From the NCBI GenBank assembly GCA_965202985.1, contig CBDBCF010000001.1, positions 2,240,001 through 2,304,000 on the forward strand: DNA of 64,000 nucleotides, read 5' to 3'. Below are positions 46,599 through 55,526 of the stretch, in pieces. Source of the stretch: Longimicrobiales bacterium. GTDB taxonomy: Bacteria > Gemmatimonadota > Gemmatimonadetes > Longimicrobiales > Gaopeijiaceae. The position numbers were made by a program, and so were the translations under genes. The notes below the pieces were generated by a model. The model was not told the DNA's origin. It ran no database searches and saw only the letters and a program-made list of their open reading frames with translations. Within the stretch, counting starts at the first letter, position 1; the number at the start of each line of letters is the position of its first letter.

Positions 46599-49500
46599 AT
46601 GACCGTCCCCACGATCTTCGAGACCTGCCGCCCGCGGAGGGACGTGTTGGCCGGGGTCGCCGACGCCGAGTTCGCGGCCGACCTGGCCCAGGTGCTCACC
46701 GACGCCGGCAGCGCCGACTACCGCGACCCCGTTCGGTTCTTCGCCAACACGTACCCCACGCGGGGAATCAGGAACCTGCTGGCCAACGTGTGCAGGCGGC
46801 TGTCGGGGGCCGGCGGCGACGTAGCCGCGATCTTTCGTCTGGACACGTCCTACGGGGGCGGCAAGACGCACGGGCTCATCGCGCTGGCCCACGCCGCTCG
46901 GGGCCTCGACGGCGTACCGGACTTGGCCGACTTCGTGGACCCGGCCGTCGTTCCCAACGAGCCCGTCCGCGTCGCGGCGTTCGACGGCGAAAACGCCGAC
47001 CCCGCCAACGGCCGCGCCTTGGAGGACGGCCTGCTCGCCCACACCCCCTGGGGCGAGATCGCCTACGCCCTGGGCGGCCGCGCAGGGTACGAACGGGTTC
47101 GGGAGAGCGACGCGCGCTGCGTTGCACCGGGGGCCGACACCCTGCGGGAGCTCTTCGGAGGCCGGCCCGCCTTGGTGCTGCTCGACGAGCTGTCCGTCTA
47201 CCTCCGCAAGGTGCAGGACGCGGAAGAGGGCCGCGACCAGCTGACGGCGTTCCTCACGTCGCTCTTCAAGGCGGTCGAGAGCACGCCCAACGTGGCGCTC
47301 GTCTACACGCTGGCGGTGGGCAAGGGTGGCCGGGGCACCGACGCCTACGCCGACGAGAACAGCTTCATCGCCGACCGGATGCAGGAGGCCGAGAAGGTGT
47401 CCGCCCGCAAGGCCACCCTCCTCAACCCGACGGAGCAGGACGAAACGGTTCACGTCCTCCGCCGACGCCTCTTCGAGGACATCGACGACCGCCGGGCCGC
47501 CGAGGTCGCGTCCGCATACGCAGCCGTGTGGAAGGCCAACGCCGAATCCCTGGCCCCGGACGCCGTCCGCCCGGAGACCCGGCAGCTGCTCGCCGACGGC
47601 TACCCCTTCCATCCCGAGGTCCTGGAGACCCTCACCGACAAGACCGCCACGCTGGAGACCTTCCAGCGCGTGCGGGGAATGCTGCGGCTGCTGGCCCGCA
47701 CGATCCACCACCTCTGGGAGACCCGGCCCGACGACGCCACCGCGATCCACGTCCACCACGTCGATCCGGGTCAAGAGTCCATCCGACAAGAGATCGTCAC
47801 GCGCCTAGGCCAGTCGAGCTACGTGCCTGCCATCGACGCCGACGTGTCCAGCGGCAAGCCCAGCGCCCGCGCCAAGCCCAGCGCGTCCAGCGGCAAGCCT
47901 AGCGCCCGCGCCAAGCCCAGCAAGAAGTCGCTCGCTCAGCAGATCGACACCGAACATCACAGGGGACTGCCTCCCTACGCCGAGTACGCGGCCCGCACAA
48001 TCTTCCTGCACACGCTGGCGTACAACGACCCGCTCAAGGGGCTGTCTCCCGCTGACCTGCGCTACTCGGTGCTCGGCCCCGCCACGGACCTCAGCTTCAT
48101 CGAAGGCGCGCGCAAGAAGTTCGTCGGCGAGTCCGCTTACCTGGACGACCGGCCCGGCTCGCCGATGCGCTTCCTGGCAGAGGCCAACCTGACGCAGATC
48201 GTCCGTCGCGAGGAGCGCAACGTGGACGCCGAAGAGGTGCGCGCCCACCTGAACGACGGCATCCGCAGGATATTCGAGGGCAAGACCCTGGAGGCCGTGT
48301 GCTTTCCGGGCGGCCCCCACGACGTGGCCGACGAAGCGGGCGAAAGCCGTCCCAAGCTGGTGGTGATCGCGTACGACGCCGTGGCGCTCGACGGGACAGT
48401 GGAGGGCGTGCCCGACCTGATCGACCGAATCTACTCGCGCAAGGGTTCGGACGGCTCGGCGCTCCGCCTCTTCCGCAACAGCGTGGTCTTCGTGGTAGCG
48501 GACGAGTCCCGTCGCGAGGAGATGCGGGACAAGGTGCGTCGGCGGCTGGCGTTGCGGGAGCTCAAGAAGCCGGAGCGCATGGAGGCGCTGGCGGACCACC
48601 AGCGGACCAAAGTGCGGGAGTGGGCCGAGCGCTCGGAAACGGACGAGGCCGTGTCGATTCAGCAGTGTTACCGCCACGTCTTCTACCCCTCCCGCAACCG
48701 GATCGGCGACAGCATGGTCGATCTCGCGCACACGGCCATTGACGCGCCCTCGACCTCCGATAGGCCGGGCGCGGGGCAGCAGCAGGTCGTCCGCGTGCTC
48801 CGGGACCTGGCCAAGCTGCGGCTGGCCGACGACGAGCCCGACTCGCCGGCGTACGTTCGGGACCGGACGCCGCTTCGCAAGGGGGAGATGACGACCCGTG
48901 CACTCCGCAACGAGTTCCGACGCGACCCGTCGCTGCCGATTCTGGTGGGCGACGAGGTCTTCGTTCAGGGCGTGCGGACCGGGGTCGAGCAGGGCGACTA
49001 CGTGTACCGGAGCGGGGAGCTGCTCTACGGCCCCGGCGACCCGGCGGCTACGATCCGGATCGACGAGCAGTCGATCGTGCACACGATGGCCTACGCGAAG
49101 AACAAGGGCGTGTGGCCCAGACCGGAGCAGAAGTCGAAGGAGACGGAGGGTCCGACGGCCGCGGACCAGGGCGCGCTGGGGATCGAGCCCACGCCCACCG
49201 ACCGGGACGGCGCTGCGGAGGGCGGCGAAGAGCCGTCGGTCGTCGGCCCGTTCCAGGTCGAGGCCCCCTTCCGCGAGGCGATCGTCCGCGTGTGGGAGCA
49301 GGCGCGCGACCGGGGGTGCCGGCAGATCGAGAAGCTGGTCGTCCGCGTGTTTCAGGTGGACGAGGCGCTCCGCGTCATGAGCGTCGTGGGCGCGCTGCCG
49401 GGTGCCGCCAAGACGGTCAGGCTGGAGGGAAGCTACGAGACCCGGGACGGGGGCTCGCTGGAGTTGGAGTTCACCGGGTCAATCGAGGACGCCGATCCGG

Positions 49501-49685
49501 TGAAGGAGTTCCTCCAGTCCCAGATGCGGGCGGCAACGAGCACAAGCCTCGAGGTCCGCTACGAGCTCACCTTCGAGGCCGGCTTGACGACGGACGAGGA
49601 CGGCCCGAAAATGATCATCGAGCGGCTGTCCCGGTTCGTGAGCGGATCGACGGCCGTGTCGGCTACCGGAACGGAGGAGGGCTGA
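46599..49685 (+). CDS. DUF499 AAA+ ATPase of a restriction-like defence system
   Basis: EFAADL, YRDPVRFFANTYPT, TSYGGGKTHGLIAL (Walker A), TPWGEIAY, LLDEL (Walker B), YPFHPE, FQRVRGMLRLLA. Confidence 0.92.
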   Translation: MTVPTIFETCRPRRDVLAGVADAEFAADLAQVLTDAGSADYRDPVRFFANTYPTRGIRNLLANVCRRLSGAGGDVAAIFRLDTSYGGGKTHGLIALAHAARGLDGVPDLADFVDPAVVPNEPVRVAAFDGENADPANGRALEDGLLAHTPWGEIAYALGGRAGYERVRESDARCVAPGADTLRELFGGRPALVLLDELSVYLRKVQDAEEGRDQLTAFLTSLFKAVESTPNVALVYTLAVGKGGRGTDAYADENSFIADRMQEAEKVSARKATLLNPTEQDETVHVLRRRLFEDIDDRRAAEVASAYAAVWKANAESLAPDAVRPETRQLLADGYPFHPEVLETLTDKTATLETFQRVRGMLRLLARTIHHLWETRPDDATAIHVHHVDPGQESIRQEIVTRLGQSSYVPAIDADVSSGKPSARAKPSASSGKPSARAKPSKKSLAQQIDTEHHRGLPPYAEYAARTIFLHTLAYNDPLKGLSPADLRYSVLGPATDLSFIEGARKKFVGESAYLDDRPGSPMRFLAEANLTQIVRREERNVDAEEVRAHLNDGIRRIFEGKTLEAVCFPGGPHDVADEAGESRPKLVVIAYDAVALDGTVEGVPDLIDRIYSRKGSDGSALRLFRNSVVFVVADESRREEMRDKVRRRLALRELKKPERMEALADHQRTKVREWAERSETDEAVSIQQCYRHVFYPSRNRIGDSMVDLAHTAIDAPSTSDRPGAGQQQVVRVLRDLAKLRLADDEPDSPAYVRDRTPLRKGEMTTRALRNEFRRDPSLPILVGDEVFVQGVRTGVEQGDYVYRSGELLYGPGDPAATIRIDEQSIVHTMAYAKNKGVWPRPEQKSKETEGPTAADQGALGIEPTPTDRDGAAEGGEEPSVVGPFQVEAPFREAIVRVWEQARDRGCRQIEKLVVRVFQVDEALRVMSVVGALPGAAKTVRLEGSYETRDGGSLELEFTGSIEDADPVKEFLQSQMRAATSTSLEVRYELTFEAGLTTDEDGPKMIIERLSRFVSGSTAVSATGTEEG
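47847..47921 (+). repeat. In-frame 39-bp tandem duplication (SSGKPSARAKPSA) in the DUF499 gene
   Basis: tccagcggcaagcc[c/t]agcgcccgcgccaagcccagc occurs at 47847 and 47886. Confidence 0.9.
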
Positions 49686-49686
49686 C

Positions 49687-50172
49687 GTGGCAAGACCAGG
49701 CCGAACTTCCCCTACCGCTTACCCCTTGTCCGCGCCCCAGTACGAGCTTCGCGCAAGGAGCCGCGGACCGGGCCTCGCCGAGTACGAGATCTGGCAGCTT
49801 CCGGCACCCGCCACGCCCCACGTGACCCGCCCCGTCCGGATCGCCGGGCTGCGCGGCCGCAACCTGGACCTGGTGGAGCACCGCGTCCTCCGTCGCTTGG
49901 CCCGCGGCGGCGTCAAGCTGCTCTCCCAAACGACCCGCGAACCCCGTGCCTACCCCCTCTCGGAGGACTTGGCCCTCTCGATCGGCCTGCTCTTCCGCTG
50001 CTTGGCGCCGATGCGGCACCGCGACCGGATGATCGCCGTCGCCGAAGGCGTGGACGCCATGGAGCGGGAAGAGGCGGGTTACTGGCTGGGCATGGCGATG
50101 CACCGTCGGAACCCGAGGCGCGTGCTGATGGCGCTGCGGTGTTTGCTGACGGAAGCCAGGTCAAGGCGATAA
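49687..50172 (+). CDS. Small basic accessory subunit (positional equivalent of DUF3780) of the DUF499 system
   Basis: GTG start 1 nt after the DUF499 stop, helical C-terminus MEREEAGYWLG...ALRCLL, host-like GC. Confidence 0.65.
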   Translation: MARPGRTSPTAYPLSAPQYELRARSRGPGLAEYEIWQLPAPATPHVTRPVRIAGLRGRNLDLVEHRVLRRLARGGVKLLSQTTREPRAYPLSEDLALSIGLLFRCLAPMRHRDRMIAVAEGVDAMEREEAGYWLGMAMHRRNPRRVLMALRCLLTEARSRR

Positions 50173-50877
50173 ATGGCGATGCGTATCACACCAGAGGTTG
50201 ATGTTGTGGCCATCAGCCTTGGCGGTCGATTTGTTCCCGCGACCTTCACGCCAGCATGGTTTGCCCTCACAGGGTTGTTGCCGAAGACCACCGCCAGCTC
50301 CGCCGTACTCTCGACTGCCCACGAGCACGAATTCAGCGCAGACTGGCTGATTTTCCATGTCGCCACCGAGCGCTTGGTAGCGATGACCGCTACCTGCGAA
50401 TCACGAGACCGACTGCTGGAGCTGGTGGTTGGGATGTTTCGAGATCATCAGCCTCATACGCCTCTCACAGATGTTGCGATCGAGCACATGGTTCACTTTC
50501 GATTTGAGAAACTTGCTGATCGAGACCGTCTTGCCACAACACTGGCACCTACTGAGCCCTGGGCAGAATGGGGTGCGAAACTTGGGCCAACCGGCAAGCA
50601 TGGGGGTATGACGTCCTTGACCATGACTCAACACAATCCAGCCGATCGATACGAAGGAGGCAAAATCAGCGTTACGGTGGAGCCTTCCAATCGCATCGGC
50701 CAGGAAGGCGGCACGGGTGTTTATGTCAAGGTACGGGATCAGTATGCTCTCGACGGCGATCAAGTATGCCGTCGCTTGATGAAACTGCTGACACAGGAAT
50801 TTGTCGGCGCACTGAATCGCAGCGATGACATCATTGATTTAATCATGGCGATCGGAACCAAGGAAGACGACAAGTGA
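50173..50877 (+). CDS. Hypothetical protein (possibly TIGR04255-like), gene 1 of the AT-rich insert
   Basis: 234-aa ORF, TAAATG-coupled, GRFVPATFTPAWF...LL and HTPLTDVAI. Confidence 0.65.
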   Translation: MAMRITPEVDVVAISLGGRFVPATFTPAWFALTGLLPKTTASSAVLSTAHEHEFSADWLIFHVATERLVAMTATCESRDRLLELVVGMFRDHQPHTPLTDVAIEHMVHFRFEKLADRDRLATTLAPTEPWAEWGAKLGPTGKHGGMTSLTMTQHNPADRYEGGKISVTVEPSNRIGQEGGTGVYVKVRDQYALDGDQVCRRLMKLLTQEFVGALNRSDDIIDLIMAIGTKEDDK

Positions 50878-51479
50878 TGTCGCAACGAACCACTCGCCAA
50901 GAACGACGAAGCCAGGGAGACCACTTCTGGATGGCCATGAATACCGATGAAGTCGTCGCCTTCCCATCGGTGGCCCAAGGCGGGACGGCACCAAGCGAGG
51001 CATCTTTTGTTTCCGTCAGATTGGATGAGGTCGCCGGGAAGGCTATGGAGGTGGTCGGGTTGGCCGAGAATGCTCGTGTCCGCCCTGCGTATCCTGCTAT
51101 TCGCATCGAGCATCCTTCGATTTGGCCTTCTCTATTGGAACTGATGTCCGTTCCGACACTGGAACCGATTCAGGAATGGGAGGGTCATGTCGTAGACGTG
51201 GGCGATGAATACTTTACCGCACGACTGCTGGACGTAACTAGCGGATCCGACTACCCGGAGGAAGAAGCAGAGATTCTGCGACAAGAACTGTCGCCCGAAG
51301 ACAATCACCGACTTTCCGTCGGAAGCACGTTTCGATGGATTATCGGCTATGAGCAATATCGGAGCGGACAGAAAAAAAGAATATCGCAGATAACACTCCA
51401 TGATTTCCAATCTTCGCGCGATGTAGATTGGACTCGGGGACGCAGGTGGACTGACAAAATACGCAAAGCTCTTACGTGA
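50877..51479 (+). CDS. Hypothetical protein with C-terminal small beta-barrel-like domain, gene 2 of the insert
   Basis: TGATG coupling, QEWEGHVVDV...FTARLLD...EEAEI...VGSTFRWIIGYE. Confidence 0.65.
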   Translation: MSQRTTRQERRSQGDHFWMAMNTDEVVAFPSVAQGGTAPSEASFVSVRLDEVAGKAMEVVGLAENARVRPAYPAIRIEHPSIWPSLLELMSVPTLEPIQEWEGHVVDVGDEYFTARLLDVTSGSDYPEEEAEILRQELSPEDNHRLSVGSTFRWIIGYEQYRSGQKKRISQITLHDFQSSRDVDWTRGRRWTDKIRKALT

Positions 51480-52576
51480 CCGAAGTTGCCAAGCCACCGG
51501 CGGCAGACGAATTTGAAGTCGTAGCAATCGGACCTGGATATGGTGAAGGCATCGCGTTGCACGTCGGGGGCAATAGATGGATCGTTGTCGATTCATGCAT
51601 TGCGCCGGGTGGCAAGGACCCTAGCATTTTGCGCTACCTCGAAACCCTGAAGGTCGATCCCGCTGAAGCCGTCGACGTTGTAGTCGCGACTCACTGGCAC
51701 GACGATCACATAGGAGGAATGGCCAAGACGCTGAAGGCGTGCAGCAGAGCGAAGTTCTGTTGTGCTAATGCACTGAAGTACGACGAATTTATGGCCACTG
51801 TCAGCACCCTGGAAGACGTCGATGACCCGATCCCTGTAGGAACAGGCGTTCGAGAAATGTATCAAGTCTTCGAGATATTGGCTGAAGATGAAGGTGCAGA
51901 TAGATGTCGCTTCGTAACGGCAAATCGTCGTATACTGAACAGAGATCACTGCGAGCTTTGGGTGCTGTCCCCGGCAGATGGCGAATACACCCATTTTTTG
52001 AGGACCATTGGAGAACAACGAAGGACATCGGTGAAAACAGGACGTCGCCTGGTTAGCCCAGGACGAAACGATGTGTCAGTGGCCCTTTGGCTAAGATCTG
52101 AAGAGGTTGTAGCAGTACTTGGCGCGGACCTGGAGAAGCAAGGGTGGATCAAGGTGTTGAAGAGCGAGAATCGACCGAAAGACGTGGCCTCATTGTTCAA
52201 GGTTCCGCACCACGGCTCGGTTGGTGCTGACGAACCGCGGGTATGGAAAGAGATGCTTGTGTCCGATCCGCTGGCCATAGTCACACCGTGGCGACTTGCA
52301 GGAAGGCAGTTGCCGATGGAATCGGATGTGAAGCGCATTTCTGGCCGCACGCCCCACGCGTATGCTACCTCAAGACCTTCGGTGGGCGATCGTCAGGTAC
52401 GAAAACGCAGCAACATCGTTGGAAAAACGTTGAAGGATACAACGCGGTCGTTCAGACCTGTTTCGTCTCATAGCATGGTCCGAGCACGCAAGAAGATGGG
52501 CTGTGACGAGGAGTGGCGCATTGAAACATTTGGCGATGCGTGTCACTTGAACAAGTACGCGGGGGGCGGAACATGA
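51476..52576 (+). CDS. Metallo-beta-lactamase-fold hydrolase (ComEC/Rec2-like nuclease), gene 3 of the insert
   Basis: GPGYGEGI, IVVDS, ATHWHDDHIGG (HxHxDH), NDVSV, LGADL, KVPHHGS. Confidence 0.88.
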   Translation: MTEVAKPPAADEFEVVAIGPGYGEGIALHVGGNRWIVVDSCIAPGGKDPSILRYLETLKVDPAEAVDVVVATHWHDDHIGGMAKTLKACSRAKFCCANALKYDEFMATVSTLEDVDDPIPVGTGVREMYQVFEILAEDEGADRCRFVTANRRILNRDHCELWVLSPADGEYTHFLRTIGEQRRTSVKTGRRLVSPGRNDVSVALWLRSEEVVAVLGADLEKQGWIKVLKSENRPKDVASLFKVPHHGSVGADEPRVWKEMLVSDPLAIVTPWRLAGRQLPMESDVKRISGRTPHAYATSRPSVGDRQVRKRSNIVGKTLKDTTRSFRPVSSHSMVRARKKMGCDEEWRIETFGDACHLNKYAGGGT

Positions 52577-55524
52577 CCGACCGTCGGCTGATCGAGGAAT
52601 GGCTGCCGATCGCTGAGATCGGGATCGAGAGTACCCGCGAGCGGACGCCGATGACGCCGTTTCCCGCACCGAATCGCCTGCACGTGTGGTGGGCACGCCG
52701 TCCCTTGGTGGCATCGAGGGCGGCGGTGTTGGGGGCCTTGCTACCTGCGGACGCGGACCGGGAGTGGTTCTTGCACGTGCTTGGGATTCATGGGGACCCG
52801 GTATCTGCTAAGAAACGTATCGCCGTTGCGACACGGACAGGAAAACGACTTGGTGCGGACGCGTATGGATACGTTCGTGCATTTCGATACACGCTATCTA
52901 CGGAAGAATCAGATTGGTTGATCAGTCGATTGACACCGGCTCCGGCGGTCCTGGATCCGACGGCAGGTGGTGGAGCCGTCCCCTTCGAAGCTATGCGACT
53001 CGGTTTTCCGACGTATTCCAACGACCTCAATCCTGTGGCAGCTTTCATTGGACGAGCGACGGTTGAATGGCCAGCGACATTGGGCACCAGACTTCGTAAG
53101 CCGGTCGAGGAACTGGGAACAAGGTTAGTCAGTCAAGTCCGACGGCGCCTCGATAGCGTGTTTCCCGACGAGCCGTTGGACGACGCTCGACCGGACGGGT
53201 ACGTCTGGGCACACACGGTTCACTGTCCTTATTGCACCGGCGTGGTGCCTCTATCCCCAAACTGGCGTCTGGCGCCCGACGGAACTGGTGTGCGGTTGCG
53301 ACCATGTGTGGGAGACGGACCGGGTTCCGAGGGCCGGACGTGCGAGTTCAAGGTCGTCGGCTCGGCGGCGGAGCAGTCGGCGGGCACGGTGAGTCGCGGC
53401 ACCGCTAACTGTCCCTATCCGGACTGCGGCCGGGTGATCGACGGCGACGAGATCAAGCGACAGGCGCGGGAAAGGGAGATGGGCCACCAGCTGTACGCCG
53501 TCGTGTACAAGAAGCGCATGCCGAACACGCTGAAGTCGGGGAAGCGCGGCAAAGACAAGTGGGTGCGCGGCTACCGTGCGCCGCGCCTGTCGGACGACAA
53601 CGGCGAGGAGATCGAACGGATGCTGGCGGAGAAGCTACCCGAGTGGGAGGCGCTGGACATAGTGCCGAGCGAGAGGATACCGGACGGCAACAAGACGACG
53701 GAGCCGCTCCGGTACGGCATGCCCTACTGGCGAGACATGTTCTCCCCAAGACAACTACTCTGCCACGGCTTCAGCGTCGAAGTCTTCCGCGAGATGCTCG
53801 AAGCCGATCGAAACATGGGCAGACTTACCGAGCTCCGTAAGGCGGCCTACGCCTACCTGGCGCTTGCGATGGACAAGATGATCGATTACAATTCGCGGAT
53901 GTGTGTGTGGGATACATGGAAGAGATCCATAGCTCATTCGTTTTCCCAGCACGATTATTCATTCAAGTGGTCCTATGCTGAGATGGCTCCCTGCGTGGAC
54001 GGCCTAGGATATGACTGGGTAGTTGACTATACCGCCAAGTGCATCGATGAGCTCGTCGCGCTGATTCGTCCGCATGCGGACGACGGCAATGGTCCGATCT
54101 TCGGCGACGAGTCCGAAGAGGCCGTTCCGCTCAAGCCCGTCGTCACCTGCAAGTCCGCCGACAACCTGAACCACATCAGCGACGGCGAGATCGACGTCGT
54201 CGTCATGGACCCGCCCTACTACGACAACGTCATGTACGCCGAGCTGTCGGACTTCTTCTACGTCTGGCTCAAGCGCACGGCGGGCTACGTTTTCCCCGAA
54301 CTCTTCCGCCGCCGCCTGACCGACAAGGACAACGAGGCGGTGGCCAACCCGGCGCGCTGGAAGGGCGAGAAGAGCGCCAAGGCCCGCGCCGGCAAGAACT
54401 ACCAGGAACGCATGGCGGCGATCTTCCAAGAGTGCCGTCGCGTGCTTAAGCCCGACGGGATCATGACGCTCATGTTCACCCACAAGGCCACAGGGGCGTG
54501 GGACGCGCTCACCGTGGGGCTGATGGAGGCGGGCTTCAGGATCACGGCGTCGTGGCCGATCAACACGGAGGCGCCGGGCAGCCTGCACATCAAGGACAAG
54601 GCGGCGGCGAACAGCACGGTCTTCCTTGTGTGCCGTCCGCGAACCGGCGACGAGAAGGAGTCGAGCGACATCTACTGGGAGGACATCGAGCCCGAGGTGG
54701 CGCGTGCCGTCCGCAAGCGCATCCCCCAGTTCAAGGAAGCGAACATCCGGGGCGTGGACCTGTATCTGGCGTCGTTCGGGCCGGCGCTGGAAGAATTCTC
54801 CCGCCACTGGCCGCTGCGGCGGGGAACGCCCCGACCGCAGACGTGGGCCCAGAAGCGTCGTTGGCAGTCGGAGCTCTTTGAAGAGAAGGAGGACCCCTAC
54901 GCAGCGACGCCGGAGGACGCGCTGGAGGTCGCGCGCCGGGAGGTGAAGCGCTGGCGGCTGGAGGAGCTGACCCGCGTCAGGGCGGGCGACGACATGGACG
55001 CGCGGACGGCGTTCTTCGTGCTGGCGTGGGACGCCTTTCGGGCACCGCGCTTTCCCTACGACGAGGCGTTGAAGCTGGCGCGCGCGGTCGGCGTGGACCT
55101 GGACAGGGAGGTCGTGGGTCGGACGGCGGCGAAGGTCGGGGCGAACTTGGTGCTGTGGGACAGCGCGGAGTGGGCGGCGAAGGGCAGCTTGGGGTCGGAG
55201 GACGGCTCGACGGGCATGATCGACGTGCTGTACCGGGCGGCCCATCTGGGGCGCATCCGTTCGCTGGACGCGGCTCGGGAGTACTTGGAGAACGTCGGGT
55301 TGCACAAGGAGCCGCGGTTCCTGGCGGCGTTGAAGGCGCTGCTAGAGGTGTTGCCGATGCCGAAGTCGATCACGAAGTTCGATCTGCCGAGGGGGCTGGC
55401 GGCGGCAGGGAGCGACTTCGCGGTGCTGGAGAACCTTCGACGGCTGGCGTTCGGCGAGCAGGTAGCGGAGCCGGAGCAGCTCAAGCTGTGGCGCGACGAC
55501 GACGAAGAGGACGACGCGACCTGA
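52573..55524 (+). CDS. DUF1156-domain adenine DNA methyltransferase with Zn-finger insert
   Basis: ATGA-coupled, RLIE..LP, LHVWWARRPL, DPTAGGG (motif I), DLNPVA, CPYC...CPYPDC, MDPPYYDNVMYAELSDFFYVWLKR, RVLKPDG, MFTHK. Confidence 0.92.
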   Translation: MTDRRLIEEWLPIAEIGIESTRERTPMTPFPAPNRLHVWWARRPLVASRAAVLGALLPADADREWFLHVLGIHGDPVSAKKRIAVATRTGKRLGADAYGYVRAFRYTLSTEESDWLISRLTPAPAVLDPTAGGGAVPFEAMRLGFPTYSNDLNPVAAFIGRATVEWPATLGTRLRKPVEELGTRLVSQVRRRLDSVFPDEPLDDARPDGYVWAHTVHCPYCTGVVPLSPNWRLAPDGTGVRLRPCVGDGPGSEGRTCEFKVVGSAAEQSAGTVSRGTANCPYPDCGRVIDGDEIKRQAREREMGHQLYAVVYKKRMPNTLKSGKRGKDKWVRGYRAPRLSDDNGEEIERMLAEKLPEWEALDIVPSERIPDGNKTTEPLRYGMPYWRDMFSPRQLLCHGFSVEVFREMLEADRNMGRLTELRKAAYAYLALAMDKMIDYNSRMCVWDTWKRSIAHSFSQHDYSFKWSYAEMAPCVDGLGYDWVVDYTAKCIDELVALIRPHADDGNGPIFGDESEEAVPLKPVVTCKSADNLNHISDGEIDVVVMDPPYYDNVMYAELSDFFYVWLKRTAGYVFPELFRRRLTDKDNEAVANPARWKGEKSAKARAGKNYQERMAAIFQECRRVLKPDGIMTLMFTHKATGAWDALTVGLMEAGFRITASWPINTEAPGSLHIKDKAAANSTVFLVCRPRTGDEKESSDIYWEDIEPEVARAVRKRIPQFKEANIRGVDLYLASFGPALEEFSRHWPLRRGTPRPQTWAQKRRWQSELFEEKEDPYAATPEDALEVARREVKRWRLEELTRVRAGDDMDARTAFFVLAWDAFRAPRFPYDEALKLARAVGVDLDREVVGRTAAKVGANLVLWDSAEWAAKGSLGSEDGSTGMIDVLYRAAHLGRIRSLDAAREYLENVGLHKEPRFLAALKALLEVLPMPKSITKFDLPRGLAAAGSDFAVLENLRRLAFGEQVAEPEQLKLWRDDDEEDDAT

Positions 55525-55526
55525 AG

